A stretch of 57,376 nt of DNA from a virus (Duplodnaviria > Caudoviricetes): positions 1 through 57,376 of IMG/VR virus record IMGVR_UViG_3300023197_000044. One strand, written 5' to 3'. A program made the position numbers and the translations under genes. Positions within the stretch are counted from its first letter, which is position 1. Every line of letters begins with the position of its first letter. Of this stretch, positions 9,509-18,876 are shown in pieces. The notes beneath the pieces are model-generated. The model was not told where the DNA came from, did not search any database, and saw only the letters and a list, made by a program, of their open reading frames with translations.

Positions 9509-11359
9509 TTACGCTTCCGCCTTCTCTCTACGGAGGAGCGCCTTCTTCGCGTCGATCAGGGCACTTGCTTCCCCCTTGCTGATGTTCGAGGGGTAGTCGA
9601 CGCCCAGGCGGTCGAGGAAACCCTTCTGACCGCTCGTTGCCTGCCCGGAGTGCCACCGAGCCGTGTGCTTCATGATTTTCCTGATGTCGCCGTGCTCGTC
9701 CGTGATGCGCTTGTCGATCTTTCCAATCGCATCTTCGAGGCTGCCATAGGTCACGTCGGGGTTGTAGGTCGCCCCCTTGATCTTCTTTCGGGAACCGTCC
9801 TGCTCGACGTACTGCGTTGGGTAGTGGAACGACACTTCCCAATCCCCGAGCATGTCCTGCTCGACGCGGACATCAAATTGCCGGTCAGCCGGGACACTTA
9901 GCTGGTAAACACCCTGCCCCATGTCCATCCATCGGTACTCGCTGACATCCTTGATGTCGTCGCTGGGGTTCGCCACGTCGAAGACGGTGATCTCGTCGGC
10001 CTCGACCTCCATCTCTTCGATGCTCGCGGCGTCCCTGATCTCCTCCTCTTTAAACGGGTTCTCCTCGACGATCTCCTCGACTTTCGGCACTACGTCCTGC
10101 ACCATGCGGGCCGGGGTCTCGTTGTCGAGCGAGGTGGAGTCGAAGTCCGACGACATGCCGAACAGGTCCGGCGCACGAACGATGTCGTGGTCCCCGATCA
10201 GGTCTGCGAAGTCGATCAGCGTCATGTACGGCTTATCCGACTCCTCAATTGCCTGGAGCCGTTCCGGCTTCGTGTCCAGGTTCCCAATCGAGGGCGGCAT
10301 TGTGCGCGTGCCTCGACCGAGCATCTGGATGTAGAGCGGGGTCGACTGCGTGGGGCGGGCCATCAAGATTGACTGCGTGCCGGGGGCGTCGAAGCCCTCG
10401 GTCAGCACCATACAGTTCGTGACGACCTGAATCGTGCCGTCCTTGTACTGCTCAATGATCTTGTCGCGCTCGCCCTTCGGCGTCTTGCCATCGACTGCGA
10501 CCGCCGCAACGCCACTCTCACGGAACTGCTCTGCGAGGTCATGGGCGTGGGCTACGTCGACGCAAAATGCAATCGACGAATCCCCGCAGTATTGGCGCCA
10601 TCCCTCGACGATCACCTGATTCCTTTCCGGCGTGTTTGTCGCGTTGGAAAGCTCACCGACCGCAAAGTCCCCAGCCCGACTCGTCACCTCGTCAATGTGC
10701 TGGTTCGTGTTGACCTGGAGGGCGCGAACGTCGGCGAGGTAGCCGTTTTCGATGCCCCACTGTAGGTCGTAGTTAGACGCGATCTGCCCGTAGAAGTAGT
10801 TCAGGGCGATCCCGTCGTTGCGATTCGGCGTTGCCGTCACCCCCACGCTAAGGCGCGGCTGGTCGTTGGGCAACAGGTCGTCGTATGCGTCGTCGGTGCC
10901 GAGGCCGAGAGGGGAGAGGATGTTGTCGTAGGTGCCACCGGGCTTGACGTGGTGGGCTTCGTCAGTCACCACAATTCCGATCTGGCGGTGCTTCATTAGC
11001 CGGTTGAGGCGGCTCCGGGTCCGCCCGAGCGTCTGCCTGCTCGTGACAATGATGTCGGCGGTCGGATCGGCGCTGTACTCGGCCTTCTCCAGGTCAACCC
11101 GAAGGCTGGGGCATACCCACTGGAGGGAGTCTTGCGCCTGATAGGCAAGCTCGGTCGTGTGAACGACCACGACCATTCCGTACCGAACAAGCTCCGGGAA
11201 GAAGGCAGGGAGGTGGGCGAACGTGATCGTCTTACCCAGCCCCGTCGCCTGTGAGACGAGTTGGCGGTTCACACCGCTGTCATACCCCCTACGGATGCTC
11301 TCCAGCGTCTCTCGCTGGTAGTCCCGCAGGACTATATCTGGATTCGTGGTTACTTGCAT
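9509..11359 (-). CDS. Superfamily 2 DExH helicase (IRC3/RadD-like)
   Basis: LRDYQ, ATGLGKT, DEAHH, TATP, TEGFD, QMLGRGTR motifs. Confidence 0.95.
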   Translation of the reverse strand: MQVTTNPDIVLRDYQRETLESIRRGYDSGVNRQLVSQATGLGKTITFAHLPAFFPELVRYGMVVVVHTTELAYQAQDSLQWVCPSLRVDLEKAEYSADPTADIIVTSRQTLGRTRSRLNRLMKHRQIGIVVTDEAHHVKPGGTYDNILSPLGLGTDDAYDDLLPNDQPRLSVGVTATPNRNDGIALNYFYGQIASNYDLQWGIENGYLADVRALQVNTNQHIDEVTSRAGDFAVGELSNATNTPERNQVIVEGWRQYCGDSSIAFCVDVAHAHDLAEQFRESGVAAVAVDGKTPKGERDKIIEQYKDGTIQVVTNCMVLTEGFDAPGTQSILMARPTQSTPLYIQMLGRGTRTMPPSIGNLDTKPERLQAIEESDKPYMTLIDFADLIGDHDIVRAPDLFGMSSDFDSTSLDNETPARMVQDVVPKVEEIVEENPFKEEEIRDAASIEEMEVEADEITVFDVANPSDDIKDVSEYRWMDMGQGVYQLSVPADRQFDVRVEQDMLGDWEVSFHYPTQYVEQDGSRKKIKGATYNPDVTYGSLEDAIGKIDKRITDEHGDIRKIMKHTARWHSGQATSGQKGFLDRLGVDYPSNISKGEASALIDAKKALLRREKAEA

Positions 11360-11429
11360 GGGCGCATGGTTGTCTTATTCGCCTTTCAGTGAAGCGCCGG
11401 GTAAGGCGCTGTACCCCTTACAGTTGCGG

Positions 11430-11526
11430 TGGAAAGGGCGGGACTCGAACCCGCATTAGCCGTTTCGGAGGCTGCTTTCTCCAGCCGATCTTCGAGCCTT
11501 CACAATAGGCGACCTCCGACCTCTCC
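11430..11526 (-). ncRNA. Atypical tRNA-like element (expanded D region, non-canonical anticodon arm)
   Basis: Acceptor GGAGAGG/CCTTTCC, T arm GCGGG-TTCGAGT-CCCGC, extra hairpins between them. Confidence 0.6.
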
Positions 11527-11597
11527 AGGTGCCCCTCTTTTCATCCACGTGGGGGCTTACGTGCCCAGGAATTTGCGCCCCTGGTCGGCGCGTAAAA

Positions 11598-11668
11598 TGC
11601 AGTCGGGAAGGGACTCGAACCCCTCGGCCTCCGTCTTCGCGGTGTTCTGCCTCTGAACTACCGACCGC
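11598..11668 (-). ncRNA. Degenerate tRNA with shortened anticodon arm
   Basis: Acceptor GCGGTCG/CGACTGC, D arm GTTC-AGAGGCA-GAAC, T loop TTCGAGT; anticodon arm reduced to CCG-CGAAGA-CGG. Confidence 0.65.
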
Positions 11669-11716
11669 CCACAGGGGCAGGGATTCGGCCCTGCTCTTGT
11701 GAGGCTAACTTGGCGC

Positions 11717-12349
11717 TTAGAACGGGAAGCCGTCGTCGGCCTGCTCGGCGGGGGCGCCGTCTCCCGCCGGGGCGCCGTCCCCCTCGTATTCCGGGAATCC
11801 GTTCTCCTCGGCAGGTGCCTCGGCCTGTCCTGGCGTCAAGTTCGGGACCTCCGACTTGTTTTTCGGTTCGCTGTAGCCGACGATCTCCGCGCTGATGCGG
11901 CCCTTGCCGCCGCCGTCGACGTGCTCCCGGTAGTCCTCCTCCTCTACGTCGTTCTTCCAGCCGCGCTCGGTCTCAATCGAGTATTCGTGACGAACCTCGA
12001 CACCGAAGCGCATGGGCGTCTCACGGACGAACTGCTCGGCGAACTCGTCCCACGAGCTAACGTCCTGCGACCACTCGTAGCCATCCGGCAACTCGTGGGT
12101 GCGGGTGTTCGAGCACATGGAGAACAGCCGGTCCTCGCCGATTCCGTACTCGGTGCCCATCGTGAGGTATTCCGTCATTTCCAGGCGGCAATCCGGGCCG
12201 TTGTCAATGACGAGCGTGGCGACGAGCATGTCGTTGCCGTTCTTGCTCACGTCGGCCTTCATGTTCTTGATGCTGACATCCTGGTGCCCCTCACTCGGTA
12301 CGCTGGAGGAGCCAAATTCGGATGCGTCGTTCATGTCGGGAAAATTCAT
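11717..12349 (-). CDS. Putative ssDNA-binding protein (DUF669-like)
   Basis: Beta-rich N-terminus with SKNGNDML; acidic tail ending DDGFPF; near the Sak4-like ATPase. Confidence 0.72.
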   Translation of the reverse strand: MNFPDMNDASEFGSSSVPSEGHQDVSIKNMKADVSKNGNDMLVATLVIDNGPDCRLEMTEYLTMGTEYGIGEDRLFSMCSNTRTHELPDGYEWSQDVSSWDEFAEQFVRETPMRFGVEVRHEYSIETERGWKNDVEEEDYREHVDGGGKGRISAEIVGYSEPKNKSEVPNLTPGQAEAPAEENGFPEYEGDGAPAGDGAPAEQADDGFPF

Positions 12350-12418
12350 GGTTGTGGTTGTCTTTCGGTTGATAGATTATGAACGCCTCGTGCGGGCGGA
12401 AACCCGCTTAGGATGATC

Positions 12419-12835
12419 CTAATTGGCGAGGCGGGCTTTCATGCTGGCTCTTCGGTTCTTCAAGATGGAGAACCAGTCTTCTTCGTCGATCTGGGCATCA
12501 CCGAGCCAGTATTCCCACTTCTCGTCGTCAACCTCGATCATCAAGTTGTCCGGTGAGAAGTCAAGCTCGATAGTGCGCACCAGGAGCGGTTCCCATCCCG
12601 GTGTGTGGAGCCACCTACCGAACGTGGCGCCAGGGGAGGACTTTAGGGTCGAAACCCATCCGTCCCCGCAAAGCCCGCATTGAAACGTCTTCTGCTCGCG
12701 GGTCTCGACGCCGTTGCTCTTTTCGTTCATGCCTTGCATCACCCGCAGGGCCTTTGCTCCGCAGCACTTGCATCGTGCGTCGGAGGTAGCGGAAAACGGA
12801 TTGGAGGGGGAGCTATTCATCGTCACCCCCGCCAT
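12419..12835 (-). CDS. Hypothetical zinc-finger protein
   Basis: CKCC...CGLC. Confidence 0.6.
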   Translation of the reverse strand: MAGVTMNSSPSNPFSATSDARCKCCGAKALRVMQGMNEKSNGVETREQKTFQCGLCGDGWVSTLKSSPGATFGRWLHTPGWEPLLVRTIELDFSPDNLMIEVDDEKWEYWLGDAQIDEEDWFSILKNRRASMKARLAN

Positions 12836-13751
12836 TTAGGCGATTCCCGAGTTCCTGAATCCGGGCCTTTACGCCCTCCAGTGTGTCGGGTACGTGGCGC
12901 TTCGCTTCAAGGCCCTTGTTCTCGTAGTGCTTATATGCGGCCTTGAGGCGCTTGAGCGCCTGTCGCATCGGTCGTGCGTCCTTCTCGACCGGCTGAGGCT
13001 CCGTGACCGTGCTAAACTTTGGGTCGTAGATCAACCGTCCGTGGTTGACGCCCTTCGTCACCGCCCCGACGCGCTTCTGCCCCAGGGCAGGGCGGCTAAT
13101 CCAGATGATGCTTTCGGCGAGGTACGGCCCGGTCTTCCAGAGGTCGATCACTTTCTCGCCCGTTTTCGAGTCGTCAATGTACTCGTCCTTGATTCGGGAG
13201 CACATCACGACGTTGTGCTGCTTGCGTATCTCGCCAATCCAGCCGTCGAGAATCGGGTAAAGCTGCCCATACATCATCGGCGGGATCGGGTCGTCGCCGC
13301 GCTTCATTTGGTAGTTAAAGCTCGCGGCGGCAATGCCCAACAGGTCCGAGGCTGAGTCGATAACGACCGTCCCCCGCTCTGCGTCGGCAAGGACCGACAC
13401 TGCCTGATTCATCTTCTTGTCGACGCCGAACCAGGGTGCGAACCAAATGTCTTCGGCGTCCCCATCGGCCTTCGGCTCCAGTGCAAGGTGCCGGATGTCC
13501 TTCTCCGGGAACGACTTGACGAGGGTTGCGACCTCATGACCGGCTTCGGTGCCAATCACGTGGAGTGGGCCAGGGGCGGTAGCCGCGAAGTGGGTCTTGC
13601 CGCTTCCCTCTGGCCCAATCGCAATCACCACCTCGTTCGGGTGCTCAACCGGCTCAAAGAGCGCGTTGTACCTGGAACTCTGACCCGGCGCCGCGTCAGC
13701 CTCGGGCGGTTCGGGCTGGGACATAACATCCTCTGCTGTTGATGTGCTCAT
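12813..13751 (-). CDS. AAA_24 / Sak4-like ATPase (recombination)
   Basis: Walker A GPEGSGKT, Walker B VVIDS; start refined to ATG 13751 by the leader motif. Confidence 0.8.
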   Translation of the reverse strand: MSTSTAEDVMSQPEPPEADAAPGQSSRYNALFEPVEHPNEVVIAIGPEGSGKTHFAATAPGPLHVIGTEAGHEVATLVKSFPEKDIRHLALEPKADGDAEDIWFAPWFGVDKKMNQAVSVLADAERGTVVIDSASDLLGIAAASFNYQMKRGDDPIPPMMYGQLYPILDGWIGEIRKQHNVVMCSRIKDEYIDDSKTGEKVIDLWKTGPYLAESIIWISRPALGQKRVGAVTKGVNHGRLIYDPKFSTVTEPQPVEKDARPMRQALKRLKAAYKHYENKGLEAKRHVPDTLEGVKARIQELGNRLNGGGDDE

Positions 13752-13806
13752 GGTTGTCCTCCGTGATTTGGGAGTGGGGCAGGGGTAACTGCCCACGGGC
13801 TGCGGA

Positions 13807-14079
13807 TTATTGGAGAAGGATCTGCTCAAGTTCGGCAAGCTCCTTCGTGAGCGCTTCCCTCGCAATCTTCGCGTTACTGATTGCCGCCTGGACCTTACCC
13901 GGCAAGTTGTTGGGTAAATCCCTGTCGTAGGGCGAGCTATTGGCGAACTTGTTGACCTCTGCGATCTCCTCAATTGCGTCGTCGAGGCGACCGATCAGGG
14001 CTCGGTAAAGCCCGAGTCGGTAGTTGGCTCCCTGCCGCATGAAGTCTTCGGCGCTATTAGCTTTGACCGTGGTAGCCAT
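13807..14079 (-). CDS. Hypothetical protein
   Basis: Preceded by hairpin 14118-14133 and a motif variant. Confidence 0.7.
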   Translation of the reverse strand: MATTVKANSAEDFMRQGANYRLGLYRALIGRLDDAIEEIAEVNKFANSSPYDRDLPNNLPGKVQAAISNAKIAREALTKELAELEQILLQ

Positions 14080-14146
14080 GGGATTGGTGTCTTTTGGTGT
14101 GAAGGAGTTGGGTACTCGCGCCGGGTAGGGCGCTTGCGCTTATCCG

Positions 14147-14220
14147 TGCCCCCGGCAGGAGTCGAACCTACGGCACGCGGCTTAGGAAGCCACCGCTCTG
14201 TCCGTCTGAGCTACAGGGGC
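14147..14220 (-). tRNA. tRNA-Arg(CCT), phage-encoded
   Basis: Cloverleaf with anticodon arm GTGGC-TTCCTAA-GCCGC and T loop TTCGACT. Confidence 0.93.
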
Positions 14221-14230
14221 GAATCTCCTC

Positions 14231-14539
14231 CTACTCGCTGGGTAGGTTTTCGCTTGCGTAGATACGGCGGCGCTCTTGAATGCCCAGGTTTTTCAGGCGG
14301 TAGGTGCGCTCGGTGGAGAAGCCCAGGGCTCGGGCCATGCGGAGGAGGGTGCCGATGCGCTCGTGACCGTCGGCCTTCATGGCGGCGTAACAGGCGTTCC
14401 GATGGATGCCTTTGCCACGGTCGGGGTCGGGGTTGTCGCATCGACGTGCGACAGCACAGGGGTTGAGATCGCGCCGCTCCATCTCCTCAGAGACGAGCGT
14501 GCGCAGTTGGGGCGCAGTCAGGTTCATGGGGACGTGCAT
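14231..14539 (-). CDS. Small putative HTH regulator (first gene of the replication operon)
   Basis: XRE-like pattern LRTLVSEEMERRDLNPCAVARR...IGTLLRMARALG. Confidence 0.55.
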   Translation of the reverse strand: MHVPMNLTAPQLRTLVSEEMERRDLNPCAVARRCDNPDPDRGKGIHRNACYAAMKADGHERIGTLLRMARALGFSTERTYRLKNLGIQERRRIYASENLPSE

Positions 14540-14578
14540 GGTTGTTTCGATGTAAGCGGGCGGTAACCCGCGAATGAA

Positions 14579-14615
14579 CTACAATTAATGTAGAGCCTAT
14601 CGTTAGCACAAGCAA
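14579..14615 (-). promoter_or_regulatory. Sigma70-like promoter with an overlapping inverted repeat
   Basis: Minus strand TTGCTT (14615-14610), 17 nt, TACATT (14592-14587); inverted repeat CTACA-ATTAA-TGTAG at 14579-14593. Confidence 0.65.
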
Positions 14616-14823
14616 GGGCATTATCTTAATTCACTCTGCCCCTTTGGGTCTTCATGACCCCTTCGAGTACGTCCTAAACGTGACCCCGCTCAGAGCCCCA
14701 ATAGGAGCTTTCCGATAGGTGTGGTAGAGCAGGGATATATAGTACATAGTACAGTGTATCAGTGAGTGGGTCGTGGGCGGGGGCGTGATCGTGTGTGGGT
14801 GCACACACGCGGGGCGTGTGTGC

Positions 14824-15102
14824 CTATGGGCCTGTGTACGTGGGCGTGATTGCCCGTGCTTGCATGGGCTCGGCCCGCAACTCGTGCTCGACACGTGCCT
14901 GGAACAGAACCTCCAGTCGCTTGAAGAGCTTCGTTGACACGCTCCACCAGGGGTGGCTATTGCATGTCGGCTGTTCAGCCTCCCAGGTGACTTCGTTGCT
15001 GGAGTAGCTGTAAGTTCGCCGGTACACCCTGCCCCCCATGCTCATTTTTGAGCGCTGGGAGGGGGCATTGATCTCGGTAATCTTGGGGTTTTCTTCTGGC
15101 AT
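14824..15102 (-). CDS. Hypothetical protein
   Basis: ORF co-oriented with the early genes. Confidence 0.5.
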   Translation of the reverse strand: MPEENPKITEINAPSQRSKMSMGGRVYRRTYSYSSNEVTWEAEQPTCNSHPWWSVSTKLFKRLEVLFQARVEHELRAEPMQARAITPTYTGP

Positions 15103-15182
15103 GGGCTGAGTCTGTTATCATGTCCGAGGGCTTACGAGGCTGGCCCAGGTGGGGCGATCTCCCCGCCCCCGAGCCAGGGTAC

Positions 15183-15446
15183 CTAATCGAACGCAATCGT
15201 CTTACCGGCGAACGTCAGGCGCTCTACGGTGTCGGCGGTGATCGTGCGGAATCCGCCCTTCTGCACGTCCCACACGAGCTTCATACCACGCTCTTCCGGG
15301 CTCCAGTTGGGAGGCTGGTCGTTGGGGTGCGTGCGAGCGTTCATTTCACGAGTCTCGCCGTCTTTCTTGGTGAAGGTGATGCCGAAGAACTTGCCTTCGG
15401 TGCCGTTGATTGCGTCGAGTACGCGCTGCGACTTCGTGTTAGTCAT
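15183..15446 (-). CDS. Small SH3/Sm-like beta-barrel protein (WYL_2/DUF2693-like)
   Basis: FFGITFTKKDGETREMNA...LVWDVQKGGFRTI pattern; start ATG 15446 follows the hairpin and motif. Confidence 0.72.
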   Translation of the reverse strand: MTNTKSQRVLDAINGTEGKFFGITFTKKDGETREMNARTHPNDQPPNWSPEERGMKLVWDVQKGGFRTITADTVERLTFAGKTIAFD

Positions 15447-15586
15447 GGTTGATCTTTTGTGGAATGGTTGTGGAGTAGGGGCCGGTAAGCCCCATCGGAA
15501 AGCAAGGCCGAAGGCCCTGCGTAGACCCCAGGGGCGGGCTTGAACCGCTCCCATCGGAAAGCTCCCGATCTATCCATTTGGGGTGC

Positions 15587-15910
15587 TTAGTTGGCGCGAG
15601 AGATCACAATGATGCCCTTGAATTTCTCGGCGTAGTAGGAGCGCCATTCGCCCCCGATCTCGGCCCGGAATACTGCCAGATTACTCTCCAGGTCGCCTCG
15701 GTTCATAGCGCTCATGTAGACCATTTCCCACAGTGCCCGGTCCTTGTCCGCCAGGGTGGGGGAGTGGGCGTCGAGTGTCCGCATGACGGGGCCGGTAGCG
15801 TACACCGGCATGTCGTAGATGCGGGTAAGGTCGATGCTGGGGTCATTGGGCTCCAGCTTGACGATCTGGTGCCCTTGATAGGTGTCCGGGGTTGCGGTCT
15901 GTGTCGGCAT
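15587..15910 (-). CDS. Hypothetical protein
   Basis: AAAACAACCATG at start. Confidence 0.7.
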   Translation of the reverse strand: MPTQTATPDTYQGHQIVKLEPNDPSIDLTRIYDMPVYATGPVMRTLDAHSPTLADKDRALWEMVYMSAMNRGDLESNLAVFRAEIGGEWRSYYAEKFKGIIVISRAN

Positions 15911-16097
15911 GGTTGTTTTGCTGTATGAGTGCGTAGTTGGCGGTGTCGTGAAGCGCCCGGTTGATCCTGTTCCTGCACTGCGAGAGGTCCACAGTATCTC
16001 CCTGCTCCTCTCCGTGTTCGTACAGGGCCTCCAGGGCCTCGTGTAGGCTCAGGATTGCCTGCTCAAGGTGGTCCATGTTGCTGCCCCCGGTAAGGGG

Positions 16098-16463
16098 TTA
16101 GGTGAGTGATTCGTTGAGTTCTTCGTCCCTCGTCATGCGCTCGAAGAGGCGCGGGTGAATCTTGCGAGCGGCTTTCTCTGGGATCTCGGCCCCCAGGCAT
16201 TCACGGGCGGCCCCGCACCAACTCACGCCGCTGTTGTCGTGGAAGAACGTCGCGCCGTAGCCTTCGAACTGCCCGTAGCACGGATAGCCTTGGGCGGGGT
16301 GCCGGAAGGCGGCCTCGGGCTGTTTGTTGACGCCGTATTCCGGCGTGTTGTATCCAAACATACCGTAGTTCGTCACGGCTGCGAATACGTTCAGGGAGTC
16401 CGTTTCCTCCTCGTGGTCGATGAAGAATACCCACTCTCGCGGGGTGTCTTTCGCATCTGGCAT
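16098..16463 (-). CDS. Hypothetical protein
   Basis: AAAGACAACCATG at start. Confidence 0.75.
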   Translation of the reverse strand: MPDAKDTPREWVFFIDHEEETDSLNVFAAVTNYGMFGYNTPEYGVNKQPEAAFRHPAQGYPCYGQFEGYGATFFHDNSGVSWCGAARECLGAEIPEKAARKIHPRLFERMTRDEELNESLT

Positions 16464-16499
16464 GGTTGTCTTTCCTGTTGAGTGAGTGTTGAATGATTG

Positions 16500-16784
16500 T
16501 TAGCTGCCCGGTTCGTAGGGCGCCAGGCAGACGAGCGCATACCACCCGGTCACTTTCTTGATGTCCGATTCTACCCAGGCAGAGGCGCCTTCAATCCGGC
16601 GTATGTAGCCGGTGCGCTTCCGTGTTCGAGTCGCCTTGTGGGGGATCTCCACCACGTCGCCCACGCTCACGTCGGGCGGTTCCGGCTGTGGAATCGGCTC
16701 GGGCCATTCGGGCTCGGGCGCCGGTTCAGGTTCCGCCTCGGGGGCCGGGTCCTTTGCTGTAGGGTTTCCGAAGATGTCGGGCAT
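16500..16784 (-). CDS. Hypothetical protein (Pro/Glu-rich N-terminus, possible SH3/KOW-like C-terminus)
   Basis: GACAACCATG at start with hairpin 16813-16828. Confidence 0.7.
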   Translation of the reverse strand: MPDIFGNPTAKDPAPEAEPEPAPEPEWPEPIPQPEPPDVSVGDVVEIPHKATRTRKRTGYIRRIEGASAWVESDIKKVTGWYALVCLAPYEPGS

Positions 16785-16804
16785 GGTTGTCGGGGGATTT
16801 AGGG

Positions 16805-17041
16805 TTAGCGACGCGCCCGGTAGAGCGCTTCGTCTTTGGCTTCTTCGACTGCGTGATCGGCAAGGGCCTCCTCTTCGTCCACGAATACCTCTTCGGGCAT
16901 GGGGAGCCCTTCGGACTCGGACTTGATAGATTCAAAGCCAACTGAGTAGCTTCGGTGATCGGGGGCGTCGGACACGACGGTCGCTTCGACCGTGTAGTGC
17001 GTTTCGTCCTCGCCAGCGATGTAGAGGAAAGAGACGTGCAT
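16805..17041 (-). CDS. Small acidic hypothetical protein
   Basis: AGACAACCATG at start with hairpin 17068-17081. Confidence 0.72.
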   Translation of the reverse strand: MHVSFLYIAGEDETHYTVEATVVSDAPDHRSYSVGFESIKSESEGLPMPEEVFVDEEEALADHAVEEAKDEALYRARR

Positions 17042-17134
17042 GGTTGTCTGGTATTGCAGGAAACGATGCCCCGGTAAGGGCGCGAATTGAACCCTGCCCC
17101 GGATTTGAACCAGGGAGGAGGCTCCATGCCAGGG

Positions 17135-17569
17135 TTAGGCGGGGACCTTTTCGGTCTCCATTGCGAGCGTGCCGTTCGGGCGGAACCGGACCTTACCGTA
17201 TCCCGGCGTCCACGTCTCTGCCCGCTCGTACGGCGTGCCGCTTTCCCACGAGCCGTTGATGTACCACGCATAATCCTTCTGCGTAATTCGGGCGTGGGGG
17301 CTGTACTTGTTGATTCGATTCTTCGTCGTGACCGTCTGCCAGCCGCCCGTTCGGATCTCGGAGGAGCCGTTCGGGTGTAGGATCACGACGCACGTGTTGT
17401 GGAGCTTGATGCCGAACGAGCTGCCACGCTTGACGAGGCGCGTATTATTTTCCAGCCGTACGCCTTCGTACTTGCCGGACTGGTAGCAGATGCGCTCTTC
17501 GTACTCGGCCTTCGCCTCTTCGTACGTGGTGCCACGATACTCGCCGTTGATGGGGTTCTTGGAAGCCAT
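17135..17569 (-). CDS. Hypothetical phage protein
   Basis: AAAGACAACCATG at start with hairpin 17593-17608. Confidence 0.75.
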   Translation of the reverse strand: MASKNPINGEYRGTTYEEAKAEYEERICYQSGKYEGVRLENNTRLVKRGSSFGIKLHNTCVVILHPNGSSEIRTGGWQTVTTKNRINKYSPHARITQKDYAWYINGSWESGTPYERAETWTPGYGKVRFRPNGTLAMETEKVPA

Positions 17570-17679
17570 GGTTGTCTTTCTGTCTGAATTGGGCGCCCGG
17601 TAAGGCGCTTTTGCGGATTCGAGCCCCGCCCGGTAACGATCCGGGCCGATGCTCCATGCCGGGGCTTATCAGTGTAGGG

Positions 17680-18234
17680 TTAGCGGCACAGGTCCGCTAT
17701 CGCTTCGCGGGCTTGCTTGACTGCGTGGTGAACCAAATCGGAAGCGTAGCCGCCCCCTTGGCAAAACTCTTCGTACGAGTTGTAAATGCAGCCGCCCAAC
17801 CTATCGGAGCCCAGGACGGCGCCGCTTGCCTTGTGGATCACTTCGACGACAGCGACGAAGATTTGCGCGTCGTCACTGAGACCGACGTAGGAGCGGATAA
17901 TTTCCGCCATTTCGCGCCGGTCCTCGTTGATCCACTCGATCACTTGCTCTTCGCCGTACTCGTCAACCTCTCGCTGCCCGTAGCGCTGAGATTCGCGGAT
18001 CACGAGCCCGCCACCGTCCCGGATGAATGCCTTCGTGAGGAGCCAGGATAGGTCAAGGTGCCGCTCAGTCTTCGCCGTGAAGCGCACGATGAACCGATCC
18101 GTTTCGATCTCCCGCATTACCTCTGATTCGTCGAGGTGGTTGTAGTAGGCCGTCTCCATGTCGTTGTCGATTCGAATGTTGTGATCCCTCGCAATGCAGA
18201 CGAGCGGGGACTGAATTTCGGCTGTGCTTTCCAT
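17680..18234 (-). CDS. Hypothetical phage protein
   Basis: AGACAACCATG at start with hairpin 18259-18272. Confidence 0.75.
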   Translation of the reverse strand: MESTAEIQSPLVCIARDHNIRIDNDMETAYYNHLDESEVMREIETDRFIVRFTAKTERHLDLSWLLTKAFIRDGGGLVIRESQRYGQREVDEYGEEQVIEWINEDRREMAEIIRSYVGLSDDAQIFVAVVEVIHKASGAVLGSDRLGGCIYNSYEEFCQGGGYASDLVHHAVKQAREAIADLCR

Positions 18235-18298
18235 GGTTGTCTGTGTCGGTTAGTGAGTGCCCCGGTAAGGGCGGATCGGTGCGGTCGGGGATTTCGGC

Positions 18299-18769
18299 CT
18301 ACCCTTCCAGGTAGAGGAACGATTCCACTTCGCTGATGTCGTCGCGGACGGCGAACACGTCGCCGCTTCGCTCCATGAAGAATACTTCGGTCCCGAATCC
18401 TTCGTCTTCGACCTTGAAGCCCATGAGCACATCGTCCCAGGCGTCCCAATAGTGCTCGTTAATCTCCTCGGTGGGCTGATTCCAGTCCGTGCAAGGCCCT
18501 TCCAGGAGGATGTCGCGGTCTTCGTCGGGCAGTGCGTACTTCTCGGCGAACTGCTGGGGGACGTAGCGCCCTGCCGCCCCGTTCACCGTACAGTAGAGCA
18601 CGTCTTCGGTGGGTCGGAGCTTGGGGATGTGATCCATGTCGACCTCCTCGTGGAAGTGCATGAACGCCTTCCACAGTGTCTCCGTCACTTCACCCTGTGG
18701 GGGCGTCGGGTCGTGCCCCAATTGGATGCAGTAGTTCTCGAAACGGTGCCAAATTCTGCTGTAGTTCAT
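18299..18769 (-). CDS. Acidic hypothetical phage protein
   Basis: GAAGACAACC upstream with hairpin 18797-18810. Confidence 0.75.
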   Translation of the reverse strand: MNYSRIWHRFENYCIQLGHDPTPPQGEVTETLWKAFMHFHEEVDMDHIPKLRPTEDVLYCTVNGAAGRYVPQQFAEKYALPDEDRDILLEGPCTDWNQPTEEINEHYWDAWDDVLMGFKVEDEGFGTEVFFMERSGDVFAVRDDISEVESFLYLEG

Positions 18770-18876
18770 GGCGGTTGGTTGTCTTCGTTGAGATGTGCCC
18801 CGGTAAGGGCTCGGATGTTGGCGCCGGGTAGGGAGTCGAACCCTACCACGTGCCCGGTGTCGGCGCGTCGTGCGGT

